Source: Alphaproteobacteria bacterium
GTDB lineage: Bacteria; Pseudomonadota; Alphaproteobacteria; Rickettsiales; UBA8987
Assembly: GCA_031426355.1 (NCBI GenBank)
Contig: JANPLD010000068.1
Coordinates: 3,056-67,055, forward strand
DNA length: 64,000 nucleotides
Direction of reading: 5' to 3'
Shown here: positions 1 to 14,947 of the stretch, piece after piece
Position numbering within the stretch: the first letter of the stretch is position 1
How the letters are laid out: the number at the start of each line of letters is the position of its first letter
Made by a program: the position numbers and the translations under genes
Notes under the pieces: generated by a model
What the model was told of the DNA's origin: nothing
The model's database searches: none
What the model saw: the letters and a program-made list of their open reading frames with translations, nothing else

Positions 1-1
1 C

Positions 2-4197
<4,196 letters not shown>

Positions 4198-4221
4198 CTT
4201 TTCTTCCTAATTATAAAAATT

Positions 4222-4252
4222 TTAACCAATAATTAATAAAATATGATATAAT
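4222..4252 (+). promoter_or_regulatory. CtrA-type box plus extended -10 upstream of virB3
   Basis: TTAA-CCAATAA-TTAA at 4222-4236, then TG-A-TATAAT (hexamer 4247-4252). Confidence 0.6.
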
Positions 4253-4303
4253 ATTATAGTATGAAATATAGTTGATATTCAATAAATTACTAAAAAAAAT
4301 TGT

Positions 4304-4612
4304 ATGGCAAAAAGTGATGCAGGAAAGGTTCAGCGGGATCCATTGTTCTTGGCTCTGACCAGACCGCCTATGATATTTGGTGTAACATACTCATGGTTTG
4401 CGGTAAATTTCTTAACGTGGGTAATGGTTTTCGTTAATATAAAGGATTTTGGTATCTGTATACCGGGGGCTTTCGCGTTGCATGGCGTTGGTTATTATTT
4501 ATGCGCCTATGAACCGCGCTGGATGGAGATAGCAAAGATATGGGGGCTGACAGTTCCAACCTGCCTGAATAGATTTTATCACGGAAACACTTGTTCTTAC
4601 GACCTATATTAA
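4304..4612 (+). CDS. virB3: Type IV secretion protein VirB3
   Basis: DPLFLALTRPPMIFGV signature, two TM segments, directly upstream of virB4. Confidence 0.95.
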   Translation: MAKSDAGKVQRDPLFLALTRPPMIFGVTYSWFAVNFLTWVMVFVNIKDFGICIPGAFALHGVGYYLCAYEPRWMEIAKIWGLTVPTCLNRFYHGNTCSYDLY

Positions 4613-4634
4613 GTTTAAGATTAAAGTTTGAATT

Positions 4635-7037
4635 ATGCTCAAATTTACAAAAAGAAAGGCACTTAAGGCGACAGTTTGCAAAACTGAGGCCAGCCAGACA
4701 AAATTTATACCGTATAAAGGCCATTGGGATGAGAATATAATAATCACCAAAGCCAATGAGATGCTGATAGTGGTGAAGGTTGAAGGATTCTCATTTGAAA
4801 CTGCAGATGATGAAGACCTTGATATTAAAAAGACCATTCTTAACACATTGTTCAAATCTATCTCGGGTGGAAATTACGCTGTGTATTTTCATATAGTAAG
4901 GAAGCGTGATTACAGTGAGCTTGAAGGGAATTTTGAAAATGAGTTCTGCAATGAACTCAATGAAAAATGGAAAGAGAAACACAAAAAGAAAGTAAGTTTC
5001 AAGAATGATATCTACGTTACGATAATCCATAAGGAAGATACTGAGGGAACGGTTTCCGCATCAGTTGGGTTCATCAATAAAATAAACAGGGTTGCGGATA
5101 AAGAGCAGGGAAATAATGACCTTAAGGAAGCTGCGAAAAGCTTGCGTGAGATAGCCAGCAGGCTGGTTGGTTCCTTAAAAAGTTATAAGGCCAGATTGCT
5201 AGGGATCAGGAAAGAAGACAGGGGATATTTCTCTGAAGTGTTTGAATTCCTAGGGTTGATACTTAACGCGGCAACGCCGAGCAATATGCTTGTGCCGACT
5301 GTTAATGCAGACAGGTATCTTTCAAAACAGAGGGTTTATTTTGGTAAAAGGGCGATTGAGATACGCGATGAAAAAGGGAAAAGTAAATTTGGCGGCGCGG
5401 TATCAATAAAAGAATATCCGCCATATACGCATGTTGGAATGTTTGATTCCCTGTTGCATCTGCCATATGAAATGGTTATTACCCACGCGTTTTATTTCAG
5501 TAACCGCTCGGCGGCGATAACTTCAATGCAGCTTCACCAGAACCGCATGAGAAGCGCGGGTGATAAATCTATTTCTCAAACTGAGCATCTTACTGTTGCG
5601 ATGGATATGGCGCAATCAGGTGAGATAGCTTTCGGGCGCCATCATATGACGGTGTTTGTTTATACGCATAGCCTTGAAGACCTTGATATGCAGGTATCTG
5701 AAGTTTATTCTGAACTTGTGAATGTGAATGTAACGCCGGTAAGGGAAACCTTTACATTGCAAGGATCTTTCTGGGCGCAGTTGCCTTGTAATTATTCTTA
5801 CATAGCAAGGCCTTCGATAATTAATACGTTCAATTTAGTTGGAATGTGCCCGCTGCATAATTATCCTTACGGAAAACCAAGGGATAACCACTGGGGGCCA
5901 GCTGTTACGCAGCTTGATACGACATCAGGAACGCCTTTTTATTTCAATTTCCATGTTAGAGATGTAGGGCATACAATGATAGTCGGCCCGACAGGTGCAG
6001 GTAAAACAGTGCTACTTGGGTTTTTATGTGCGCAGTCGCAAAAGTTCAATCCGGACATGTTTATCTTTGATAAGGATAGAGGCGCGGAAATATTTATTAG
6101 AGCAATTGGTGGAAGTTATACGGTTTTGGACCCTTCAGGTAAAATGGGTTTCAATCCGCTTCAGTTAGAAGGCACACCTGAAAATAAAGAGTTTTTAAGT
6201 GACTGGCTGAGCGCGATCTGTTCTGAATCAGGAAAATATGATATCAGCCCGGAAGAAAGGGAAAGGATAGTTGAGGCAATAAACGGGAATTATAAACTTC
6301 CTAAAAAACAAAGGGTATTGAGGAATATAGTTCCGTTTCTTGGGCTTGAAAAACCGGGTTCGATCGCAAGTAGGGTGAGGATATGGCATAGCGGTGAAGC
6401 AAGGGCTGGCGTATTTGATAATGATGAGGATTCGCTTTCATTCAGCGACAGGAAAACACATGGCTTTGAAATGGGGCCTGTTCTTGAATCACAGGAAACG
6501 CTTGGGCCAGTGCTTATGTATATATTCCACAGAATAAACATGACACTCACAGGCTCACCAACAATGATCGTACTTGATGAAGCATGGGCACTGCTTGATA
6601 ATAAAATATTTGCGCCAAGGATCAAGAATTGGCTGAAGGTTCTCAGGAAGCTGAATGGAATGGTAATTTTTGCAACGCAGTCGCCTGAAGATATTTTTAA
6701 ATCTTCAATAAGTGAAACACTGGTTCAGCAGACATCTACGCAAATATTTTTAGCTAATATGAAGGGTACTACGATCTATCAGGATGTGTTCAAGTTATCA
6801 AATCGCGAGTTCGCGATAATAAAATATACTGATCCGGGATCACGTTATTTCTTGGTTAAACAGGGTGAAGATTCCGTTGTGGCAAGGATAGATTTGAACG
6901 GAATGGGAGAGATAATTGAAGTTCTTTCAGCGCGCGCCCATACTGTAAGGTTACTTGACAGGATAAGGGATGAAGTAGGTGATGACCCTGATAAATGGCT
7001 GCCAATTTTTAGAAAGAGGGTTCTAGAAGAAAAATGA
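4635..7037 (+). CDS. virB4: Type IV secretion ATPase VirB4
   Basis: 800 aa; FWAQLP, NHWG, Walker A GPTGAGKT, FDKDRG, Walker B LDEAW, FATQS. Confidence 0.97.
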   Translation: MLKFTKRKALKATVCKTEASQTKFIPYKGHWDENIIITKANEMLIVVKVEGFSFETADDEDLDIKKTILNTLFKSISGGNYAVYFHIVRKRDYSELEGNFENEFCNELNEKWKEKHKKKVSFKNDIYVTIIHKEDTEGTVSASVGFINKINRVADKEQGNNDLKEAAKSLREIASRLVGSLKSYKARLLGIRKEDRGYFSEVFEFLGLILNAATPSNMLVPTVNADRYLSKQRVYFGKRAIEIRDEKGKSKFGGAVSIKEYPPYTHVGMFDSLLHLPYEMVITHAFYFSNRSAAITSMQLHQNRMRSAGDKSISQTEHLTVAMDMAQSGEIAFGRHHMTVFVYTHSLEDLDMQVSEVYSELVNVNVTPVRETFTLQGSFWAQLPCNYSYIARPSIINTFNLVGMCPLHNYPYGKPRDNHWGPAVTQLDTTSGTPFYFNFHVRDVGHTMIVGPTGAGKTVLLGFLCAQSQKFNPDMFIFDKDRGAEIFIRAIGGSYTVLDPSGKMGFNPLQLEGTPENKEFLSDWLSAICSESGKYDISPEERERIVEAINGNYKLPKKQRVLRNIVPFLGLEKPGSIASRVRIWHSGEARAGVFDNDEDSLSFSDRKTHGFEMGPVLESQETLGPVLMYIFHRINMTLTGSPTMIVLDEAWALLDNKIFAPRIKNWLKVLRKLNGMVIFATQSPEDIFKSSISETLVQQTSTQIFLANMKGTTIYQDVFKLSNREFAIIKYTDPGSRYFLVKQGEDSVVARIDLNGMGEIIEVLSARAHTVRLLDRIRDEVGDDPDKWLPIFRKRVLEEK

Positions 7038-8935
7038 GAACTAAGTTCAAATATTTTTTTATTTTAATAATATTCCTACTTTCGTTTTCAGCAGTAGAAA
7101 ACTCTTACGGGCAAAATAATCTAATTGATAAACTTACTGAAGATCAAAAAGTAAAAGGTGTGTGCTTTGCCTTTCCGGGATTTGTGAATAAGATCGTGCA
7201 GTGCATAGTTTATTTAACTTCATATACTCTGGTTGAACAAACACTTGATTCCATGCATAGCGCATTTGTGAGCGCTTCAAATTCACTGGTTATAATTTAT
7301 ATAATGTTATTTGGTATGAAGGTTTCCCTGCACCAGATAAAGAACCTCAAAAAGGAAGCCGTTATTGTTTTGCTGACAGCCTTTTGTATCTTATATTTCA
7401 ACAATACTACCAGCATTACAAAATTCATGAACTTTTTTATAAAAGGGCAGGCTGAATTTGTTAATGCGGTAACATCATCAATAACCACAAAACGAATAGG
7501 GACATCACAGAATGTGAACAGCGCATTTTTATGTGATGGGCATAATGGCAAGCCATACACTATCTGGCAGAGGATAGATTGTGTGATAGGGTATGTACTG
7601 GGTGTGCATCCGCTGGTTCAGTACACTGAAGGGTTTTATGACTGCAGTAAAAATTTCAAAACAACTGATATGGCGCCTAATCCTCTGAAGCCCAATAACG
7701 TTGTGGGATGTTATGATTACAGTGTATTCGCAACTAGCACTGAACCTTGGGCAGACCCGGCAAAAGGGCCTTTTAATTTCCAAAATACGGTGGCAACATC
7801 AAATGAGAAATTCGAGGCAAGCGTTGCATTCTCAATGCTCACCATAATAACTTTGATGATGTTCAGCGATGATTTTGGCCTTATTGTGATGATCACAGGC
7901 ATGGCAATAATAATAATGCTTATAATGGCGTTCGGGCAAGCAGTGTTTGTGTATATAACATCCCTTTTCATGATATTAGTACTAGGGCTTTTTGCGCCTA
8001 TAATCATACCGATGTTCCTGTTCGGGCCGACCAAAGATATCTTTACCAAATGGGTGCAGATGTTCTTCTCAGCAATGTTAACACCTGGAATAATGTTCGC
8101 ATATTTAAGTTTTGTTATATTCGCCCTACAATATGTGCTTGATTTTAAGATCACGATAAATGGCAAGCCCATGAGTATAATTGAATATCATTTTGGCGAT
8201 AAGTATAAGGATGCCTTCAAAGATTATAAAAATGTATTTAACTTAACTTCACAAATAAAAGATACAGATCTGAACAATTCTACTGAGTTCACGAAAACTG
8301 TCCGTGGGGTTATTGAAAGGAAAGCAGAAGTTGCTGACGTTAATAAAAATGTGAATGAAAGCGCTGTAAGGAATACTGGGCTTGATAGGAAAAATTCTTC
8401 AAGCATGATGATGGAGCAGCTTTTAGGCGGCGGGATATGGAGCGCCTTTGCCAATAAAGCCAGCAGAAGCGCTGGTAAAGATGAACAGATGTTGCAACTT
8501 CCACATTTAAGTTTTGCAGATACTGTGCAGTTCGCGAGAGATAGATATTCCTTACTTGGAATGGCAAAAATTGTAGAAAAATTAAAATTGGCAAATAAGC
8601 TTAAACCTGAAGAAGCGGCAAAAATTATTGCAGCAGCTACAAATGCGAACGATATTGATGAATGGATGCGCATTTACCAGTCCAGCCCTGCCCTTCTTGA
8701 TGACCTTAGGGAAGCTATATTGGATCAGGAGCGACAGGATTATAATGATAAACTTGCTTACATGCAGTTGCTGATGATAGTTTTCCTTACGTTGTCTGTA
8801 ACATTCTCTTTCATGAACAATGTGCAGATATTTGCAGCAAACCTTTCTAATGCAGGCGTTCACCCTGCGGGTAAAATGATAGACCTTTATAACACCAGTA
8901 TAAGAAGGATGACCGCGGGGATTAACAGGAAATGA
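7034..8935 (+). CDS. virB6: VirB6/TrbL-like T4SS inner-membrane protein, copy 1
   Basis: Follows virB4 with an ATGA overlap. Signal-like N-terminus and a polytopic core (LFAPIIIPMFLFGPTKDIFTKW) typical of VirB6. Confidence 0.85.
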   Translation: MRTKFKYFFILIIFLLSFSAVENSYGQNNLIDKLTEDQKVKGVCFAFPGFVNKIVQCIVYLTSYTLVEQTLDSMHSAFVSASNSLVIIYIMLFGMKVSLHQIKNLKKEAVIVLLTAFCILYFNNTTSITKFMNFFIKGQAEFVNAVTSSITTKRIGTSQNVNSAFLCDGHNGKPYTIWQRIDCVIGYVLGVHPLVQYTEGFYDCSKNFKTTDMAPNPLKPNNVVGCYDYSVFATSTEPWADPAKGPFNFQNTVATSNEKFEASVAFSMLTIITLMMFSDDFGLIVMITGMAIIIMLIMAFGQAVFVYITSLFMILVLGLFAPIIIPMFLFGPTKDIFTKWVQMFFSAMLTPGIMFAYLSFVIFALQYVLDFKITINGKPMSIIEYHFGDKYKDAFKDYKNVFNLTSQIKDTDLNNSTEFTKTVRGVIERKAEVADVNKNVNESAVRNTGLDRKNSSSMMMEQLLGGGIWSAFANKASRSAGKDEQMLQLPHLSFADTVQFARDRYSLLGMAKIVEKLKLANKLKPEEAAKIIAAATNANDIDEWMRIYQSSPALLDDLREAILDQERQDYNDKLAYMQLLMIVFLTLSVTFSFMNNVQIFAANLSNAGVHPAGKMIDLYNTSIRRMTAGINRK

Positions 8936-10446
8936 AGAAAATAATTCTACATATATTTATAGTATTTTCTCTGCTTTTTGGCGGAACGCAGGCTTATTCC
9001 CAAACTGATCCCCATGCCATAAATTTTATTGATACTTGTAAAGGGAATGATTCAGTATTCAAACCATTCAGTGTTTCAGGAAATATAATAAGATGTATTG
9101 AGCGGGTTATCAATACGGCTTCTGATACTCTGATAGATAATTATATTGCAGGGTTTGCGACCTTTGTTTTTTATATGACTATGATGGCAATTCTGTTCTT
9201 TTCCATCAAGGTAATGTTCGGGGTGGCAAGCACAAGGGGTATAACTTTTGTTTTCATGATGAAGATAGTGTTCGTGCTGGCTTTCACCTCTCCCGGAATA
9301 GCAGATACCTTGAAAGGGTTCAGGGATACTTTTATTGAGGCACCTAAATATTTCTCGGTAGAGATTTTAAAAGCCATAGATTTTGATTCTTCCTTAAATG
9401 TTTCTGAAGATGAACAGAAAGTTGCTACGGATATTTTTGATATGTTCGATATCTATATATTAAAATTATTTGGCGTGGAAAAACCACCTGTAATAGGGGG
9501 AACGCCCGCGCAAGAACCAGAAAATTTTCAACAAGAAATATTCATAGGGTTGGCAGGATTGGTAGCAGGGTTATTCTTTACGGGGCCTGTAGGGTTCTCA
9601 GTTGCAACGATAGCTCTCGGGTTTGTATTCGCAATAATATTTGCCGTGGCTCAAGCAATTCTATTTTATGCGACAATTGTGATCGCCTTGAACTTCTTAA
9701 TTGCGGTTTCACCGCTAGTTGCAACAGCTATATTATTTGAGCCCTTTAAACGAATTACCGGAACGTGGTTCCTATCCTTCATAGGGTATGCCGTGCAGCC
9801 ACTTATATTTGTGGCCTTCATGGGAATAATGCTCAAATGCCTTGATACTGTAGTTGTACTGTTCAAGCCTACATACCAGAAAGTTCAGATGAAACTTGAG
9901 AATGTGAATGGTGATACGAAAACTGAAACAACTTTATTTAACTGTGGAACTTTCAAAGCTTCAGGCAAACCGGAAAGCAAAAATTCCGCGAGTAATATAG
10001 CAAGTGATTATATATTAAATGCCCTTACCGGAGGCGGTTTCAGCAGCTACCAGAAAGGCGCAAGGAAATTTGCAGCCGCTGCGGATACAAAAAATGATCC
10101 TTCAGTTGCGACCACAGAATGTAGTTTTAAAGCTCCGGTAATACTTATAGATTCTGATGACCCAAAAACTGATCCTAAGGCTGCGCAAAAACTTGTGCGC
10201 CTTACTCAGGATAACTTAATAGAGCTTAAGGCTGCAAAATTTACCGTAATTCTTTTAATGATGCTGCTTATGGGCTTTATGAAAGAATTGCCGAAGATTA
10301 TCAACGGTATAACATCACAGGCTGTTATAGCGCCGATAAGCCAAGGCATTGGCGAAGGTGGCGGTTTAGTTGAAGCACCACTGCGCGCGCTTCAACAGGT
10401 TGGTTCAGGTGCAACACAAGCAGTAAGAGGCATGATAGGAAAATGA
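8932..10446 (+). CDS. virB6: VirB6/TrbL-like protein, copy 2
   Basis: Core motif VSPLVATAILFEPFKRITGTW...YAVQP; ATGA overlap with copy 1. Confidence 0.85.
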   Translation: MKKIILHIFIVFSLLFGGTQAYSQTDPHAINFIDTCKGNDSVFKPFSVSGNIIRCIERVINTASDTLIDNYIAGFATFVFYMTMMAILFFSIKVMFGVASTRGITFVFMMKIVFVLAFTSPGIADTLKGFRDTFIEAPKYFSVEILKAIDFDSSLNVSEDEQKVATDIFDMFDIYILKLFGVEKPPVIGGTPAQEPENFQQEIFIGLAGLVAGLFFTGPVGFSVATIALGFVFAIIFAVAQAILFYATIVIALNFLIAVSPLVATAILFEPFKRITGTWFLSFIGYAVQPLIFVAFMGIMLKCLDTVVVLFKPTYQKVQMKLENVNGDTKTETTLFNCGTFKASGKPESKNSASNIASDYILNALTGGGFSSYQKGARKFAAAADTKNDPSVATTECSFKAPVILIDSDDPKTDPKAAQKLVRLTQDNLIELKAAKFTVILLMMLLMGFMKELPKIINGITSQAVIAPISQGIGEGGGLVEAPLRALQQVGSGATQAVRGMIGK

Positions 10447-11825
10447 AAAAATTATTAACTACATTACTTATTTTAATATTATTCCCGCTACTGCTCACCA
10501 GTTGCGCTTCGGAGGAAGAGGAAGGCGTATCGCAAAATGCCACTGATGTCTGCACGCCGGTAAACCAGGTGCTTAAGCCTTCAGATTCAGATTATAAGCC
10601 GCTTACCATACCAGATGGCGGGCAGAAAAAAGGCGTAATCACATGGGTGATAGATAAGGTCACAAGTATATTGGTTACTGCATCACAGGATATATATGAA
10701 GAATTATCACAGGATGAAGAATATAAAGCGATAATCGGCATATGTATAACGCTTGCGATAATGTTCTATGCGGGCTCTATAATGCTGGGTATGAGGCAGT
10801 TGGCGCCGTACGAAGGCTTTATGTTCGCGCTTAAAATAGTACTTATATATAATTTTGCAGTTAACTGGGATACTTTCCAGTTCTATGTACTTGATACTCT
10901 AGAGGCATTTATACGGGACGGTATAAATATGGCCTCCAATACTTTCAGTGGGTATAATTGTATAAGCGAGGCAGATTGCCAAACCGGGGTAGTGAATATC
11001 ACCGTGGTTGGGGAAATTGATAAGATGCTTTCATTCCTGTGGGATTTTGGAATGATGAAACTTGTAATGGCATTAATGCTGACAGGTATCACCGGGTTCT
11101 TCTGGGGATTGGGATTATTTGGCTTTACCATTCTTTACCTGCTTGCTGTTCTTCAAACGATAAAAATTTTCCTGCTGGCACTTATCGGCAGATATGTACT
11201 TTATGCACTTGGGCCAATATTCCTGTCATTCCTGTTATTCAACCAGACACGCGCATTATTTGATGGGTGGATGAGGCAGCTTATAAGCTTTACCCTGCAA
11301 CCGATATTCCTGTTCATATTTTTAGGGATGTTCAATGCGGTTATTGCAGGTTTTGTAAATACCATGTTCATTGATAATTTAAATAACCAAGCACAATATT
11401 TCAAACAGGAAGCCAATGGCCCACCAAATCCTAACGGGCAGGCAATTACAGTAGATTCAAACTATTGTATAAAGAAGGTTAAATTCAGTGATACACCTCT
11501 TGGGGATGTTTACTGGTGGCAGTTATGCTCATCAACTGGCCCTGAAGCAGACAGGTGCAACCAAAGTCTTATAAAACCAACCATACCGATCGATATATGG
11601 ATAATACTTGGCTGTCTTATCATTTGTTATATGATGTTCACTATGACCACATGGATAGTTGAGGTTGCGAATACTCTGGCAAGTGGCGCGATTAGCCTGA
11701 CGGGTATTCATATGCAGGGTATGCCGCAGCTTAAAAAGGCCGGGGGTGACTTAGTAAGAAGCGGTATGAGTTCGTTAAAAACTCAGGCGACAGCTTCCAG
11801 ACCGCCAACGGGAACGGGAAAATAA
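10443..11825 (+). CDS. virB6: VirB6/TrbL-like protein, copy 3 (lipobox LTSC)
   Basis: Core motif LGPIFLSFLLFNQTRALFDGW...FTLQP; ATGA overlap. Confidence 0.88.
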   Translation: MKKLLTTLLILILFPLLLTSCASEEEEGVSQNATDVCTPVNQVLKPSDSDYKPLTIPDGGQKKGVITWVIDKVTSILVTASQDIYEELSQDEEYKAIIGICITLAIMFYAGSIMLGMRQLAPYEGFMFALKIVLIYNFAVNWDTFQFYVLDTLEAFIRDGINMASNTFSGYNCISEADCQTGVVNITVVGEIDKMLSFLWDFGMMKLVMALMLTGITGFFWGLGLFGFTILYLLAVLQTIKIFLLALIGRYVLYALGPIFLSFLLFNQTRALFDGWMRQLISFTLQPIFLFIFLGMFNAVIAGFVNTMFIDNLNNQAQYFKQEANGPPNPNGQAITVDSNYCIKKVKFSDTPLGDVYWWQLCSSTGPEADRCNQSLIKPTIPIDIWIILGCLIICYMMFTMTTWIVEVANTLASGAISLTGIHMQGMPQLKKAGGDLVRSGMSSLKTQATASRPPTGTGK

Positions 11826-11833
11826 TTTAGATT

Positions 11834-13459
11834 ATGGAAAGAGAAATAATGGAATTTGATGTTGTGATAGTGGGCGCCGGGCCAAGTGGGCTTGCGGCTT
11901 CTATTAAACTTGCACAGTTATCACAGGAAAATAATTCTAACCTGACTATATGCGTTGTTGAGAAAGGTTCAGAAGTCGGGGCGCATATTTTATCTGGAAA
12001 TGTATTTGAACCACGCGCGCTAAATGAACTAATTCCTGACTGGAAGGAAAAAGGGGCACCACTAAATACTCCTGTTACAAATGATAATTTTGTTTTGCTG
12101 ACCAAGAAAAAACATTTTAAATTACCTACCCCGCCGCAAATGCATAATGAAGGTAATTATATTATTTCCCTTGGTAATTTATGCAGATGGCTTGCTGAAC
12201 AGGCACAGAATCTGGGAGTGCAAATATTTCCGGGATTTTCGGCGAGTGAAGTTTTGTTTAATAACACAGGCGAAAAAGTTACGGGAATTGTTACCGGGGA
12301 TTTTGGTGTTTCGAAAAATGGTGAAAGGAAAGAATCTTATCAGCCCGGCATTGAACTGCGCGCAAAATATACGATATTCGCTGAAGGTTGCAGGGGGCAT
12401 TTAACTAAGAGGCTAGAGAAAAAATTCAGTCTCCGAAATAATAGTGATCCGCAAACTTACGGTATCGGTATTAAGGAGCTGTGGAGAATTAAAGAAGAAA
12501 AACACCAGAAAGGTAAGGCAATACACACTATAGGCTGGCCGCTTGATACAAAGACTTATGGCGGCAGTTTTATCTATCATCAGGAAGATAATGTACTTGC
12601 CATAGGATATGTGATCGGGCTTGATTACCAGAATACTTATTTGAACCCATTTAAGGAGTTTCAGCGATTTAAAACTCACCCTTTTGTTCGTGATCTACTT
12701 GAAGGTGGGGAAAGGATATCATACGGAGCGCGCGCAATAAATGAAGGTGGTTACCAATCAATTCCAAAACTGACTTTTCCGGGTGGTTGTTTGATTGGTG
12801 ATACAGCTGGCTTTCTCAATGTTCCAAAAATAAAGGGATCACATACTGCGATGAAATCAGGAATGCTTGCCGCAGAAAGTGTATTCGATGCAATAAAAAA
12901 TAGTTCTGATAAATTAGATTACGAAGAAAAACTAAAGGCGTCATGGATATATGATGAGCTTTATAAAGTACGTAATATCCGGCCATCATTCAAATGGGGT
13001 TTGATTCCGGGACTTATATATTCAGCCATTGATACATATATATTCAGGGGAAAAGCGTCTTGGACATTTAGACATCACGTTGATAACAAGCAGACAAAAG
13101 AAAAACATGAATGCAAACCTATAGAGTATCCAAAACCGGATAATGTCGTTAGTTTTGACCTGCTTTCATCTGTGTTCATATCAGGCACAAGCCATGAAGA
13201 AGACCAGCCCGTTCACTTAAAGCTGACTGATCCAAGTAAGGCAGTTGAATATAACCTTAAATATTTTGATGCACCTGAGCAGAGATACTGCCCGGCGGGA
13301 GTTTACGAGATCATTAAAGATGAGAATAATAATGATAAACTACAGATCAATGCGCAAAACTGTGTTCATTGTAAAACCTGCGATATCAAAGATATAACGC
13401 AGAATATCAACTGGGTAACGCCTGAAGGCGGCGGCGGGCCTAATTATCCGAATATGTAA
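11834..13459 (+). CDS. Electron transfer flavoprotein-ubiquinone oxidoreductase
   Basis: GAGPSG FAD motif, GAHILSG, C-terminal 4Fe-4S motif CPAGVYE...CVHCKTCD. Confidence 0.97.
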   Translation: MEREIMEFDVVIVGAGPSGLAASIKLAQLSQENNSNLTICVVEKGSEVGAHILSGNVFEPRALNELIPDWKEKGAPLNTPVTNDNFVLLTKKKHFKLPTPPQMHNEGNYIISLGNLCRWLAEQAQNLGVQIFPGFSASEVLFNNTGEKVTGIVTGDFGVSKNGERKESYQPGIELRAKYTIFAEGCRGHLTKRLEKKFSLRNNSDPQTYGIGIKELWRIKEEKHQKGKAIHTIGWPLDTKTYGGSFIYHQEDNVLAIGYVIGLDYQNTYLNPFKEFQRFKTHPFVRDLLEGGERISYGARAINEGGYQSIPKLTFPGGCLIGDTAGFLNVPKIKGSHTAMKSGMLAAESVFDAIKNSSDKLDYEEKLKASWIYDELYKVRNIRPSFKWGLIPGLIYSAIDTYIFRGKASWTFRHHVDNKQTKEKHECKPIEYPKPDNVVSFDLLSSVFISGTSHEEDQPVHLKLTDPSKAVEYNLKYFDAPEQRYCPAGVYEIIKDENNNDKLQINAQNCVHCKTCDIKDITQNINWVTPEGGGGPNYPNM

Positions 13460-13462
13460 TCT

Positions 13463-13510
13463 TACCAAGTACTAGGTACTAGGTACTAAGTATCTAGTAC
13501 TTGGTACTTA
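13463..13510. repeat. Heptamer tandem plus inverted repeat hairpin (unit TACTAGG)
   Basis: taccaag-tactagg-tactagg-tactaag, then an inverted arm. Perfect 13-bp stem 13463-13475 / 13494-13506, between convergent genes. Confidence 0.85.
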
Positions 13511-14230
13511 GTGTAAGGCTTCAATTGCATCTTTGATGGTGAATGCTTTTTCGTAGATGGCGCGGCCGGAGATAACGCCGATGACTCCGTATTTCTCAAG
13601 CATTTTAACTGATTTGAGATCATTAATATTTGATATGCCGCCTGAGGCGATAATCGGGATTTTTGTTGCGAGGGCCAGGTTGCGTGTGCCCTCAATATCG
13701 GGGCCTTTCATGGCGCCATCATGGGAGATATTTGTGAAGATAATGCTCGCAACGCCTGAATCTTCAAATTTTTTTGCCAGCTCTTCAGAAGTTATTTCAC
13801 TTTCTTTTGCCCAGCCTTCAACAGCTACATAACCGTTCTTAGCATCAACGCCAACAGCGATACGGCGTGGGAATTTTTTGCAGGCTTCTTTTACCAGTTC
13901 AGGATTTTTAACTGCGGCAGTGCCAAGTATGATGCGGGAAACACCTAGCGATAACCAGTGTTCAATAATTTCAAGGCTTCTTATACCACCGCCTAATTGT
14001 ATGGGAATTTCTATTGTAGATATGATATCCCTGACGGCCTGCTGGTTTACCGGTTTACCTTCAAAAGCGCCGTTAAGATCAACCAGATGTAGATAATCAG
14101 CGCCTTCATCTTCAAATAATTGAGCTTGCTCGGCAGGGCTTTTGGAAAACACGGTGGCCTGATTCATATCACCCTGATACAGGCGAACGCAGTTACCATC
14201 TTTTAAATCTATTGCAGGGAAAAATAACAT
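13508..14230 (-). CDS. hisA: ProFAR isomerase
   Basis: PAIDLKDGNCVRLYQG, HLVDL, QLGGGIR, ASGG motifs. Confidence 0.97.
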   Translation of the reverse strand: MLFFPAIDLKDGNCVRLYQGDMNQATVFSKSPAEQAQLFEDEGADYLHLVDLNGAFEGKPVNQQAVRDIISTIEIPIQLGGGIRSLEIIEHWLSLGVSRIILGTAAVKNPELVKEACKKFPRRIAVGVDAKNGYVAVEGWAKESEITSEELAKKFEDSGVASIIFTNISHDGAMKGPDIEGTRNLALATKIPIIASGGISNINDLKSVKMLEKYGVIGVISGRAIYEKAFTIKDAIEALH

Positions 14231-14233
14231 TAC

Positions 14234-14261
14234 TTCGTAAATCGTTTATGGTTAATCGTTA
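14234..14261. repeat. Degenerate heptamer array (ATCGTTA-like x4)
   Basis: ttcgtaa-atcgttt-atggtta-atcgtta fills the hisH-hisA spacer; no inverted arm. Confidence 0.55.
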
Positions 14262-14894
14262 TTATAGTGAGATAAAGTTAGCAAGTAATTTTAAACCGCT
14301 TTCTTGACTTTTCTCTGGATGGAACTGCACACCGAAAATATTGCCTTTTCTGATGGAGGCCGCGAATTTAATGCCATAATCACATGTCGCAGAGATATTA
14401 TCACTCGGAGTATCAAAATAATATGAATGTACAAAATAAAAACTTTGTTTTTCTTTATTTTTTTCTATTTCCTTAAATAAAGGTTCATCTTTTTTAATTT
14501 CGATATCATTCCAGCCCATATGTGGAATTTTTAAGCCTTTGGCTTCTTTGAACTTTTTGACTTCACCCGGGATAAATCCAAAACCACTATGGGTACCGTT
14601 TTCATAGCCTACATCTGCCAAAAGCTGCATACCTACACATATGCCGAGGAAGGGTTTTTGCTTAACTAGAATATTTTCTTTTATGCAATCAAGCATTCCC
14701 GGAATTTCTGTAACGCCTTTATAGCAATCACCGAATGCACCAACGCCTGGCAAAACTATGTGGGTTGCTAGGTTTAAGTCTTTAGGATTATTACTTACTT
14801 CTATTTCTGCATTATTTTCAGAAGCCTTTTGAAGAGCCTTAAAAGCTGAGTGTATATTACCAGAACCGTAATCTATAAGGATTATTTTCTTCAT
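14262..14894 (-). CDS. hisH: Imidazole glycerol phosphate synthase amidotransferase subunit
   Basis: DYGSGN, LPGVG, GICVGMQ, PHMGWN, QFHPEKS. Confidence 0.97.
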   Translation of the reverse strand: MKKIILIDYGSGNIHSAFKALQKASENNAEIEVSNNPKDLNLATHIVLPGVGAFGDCYKGVTEIPGMLDCIKENILVKQKPFLGICVGMQLLADVGYENGTHSGFGFIPGEVKKFKEAKGLKIPHMGWNDIEIKKDEPLFKEIEKNKEKQSFYFVHSYYFDTPSDNISATCDYGIKFAASIRKGNIFGVQFHPEKSQESGLKLLANFISL

Positions 14895-14896
14895 TT

Positions 14897-14928
14897 TTAA
14901 CTATTTATTAATAATTGATCATTATAAT
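14897..14928 (+). promoter_or_regulatory. CtrA-type box plus -10 upstream of orphan ORF 14948
   Basis: TTAA-CTATTTA-TTAA at 14897-14911; TATAAT at 14923-14928. Confidence 0.55.
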
Positions 14929-14947
14929 ACAATAAAACAGAGAATAT

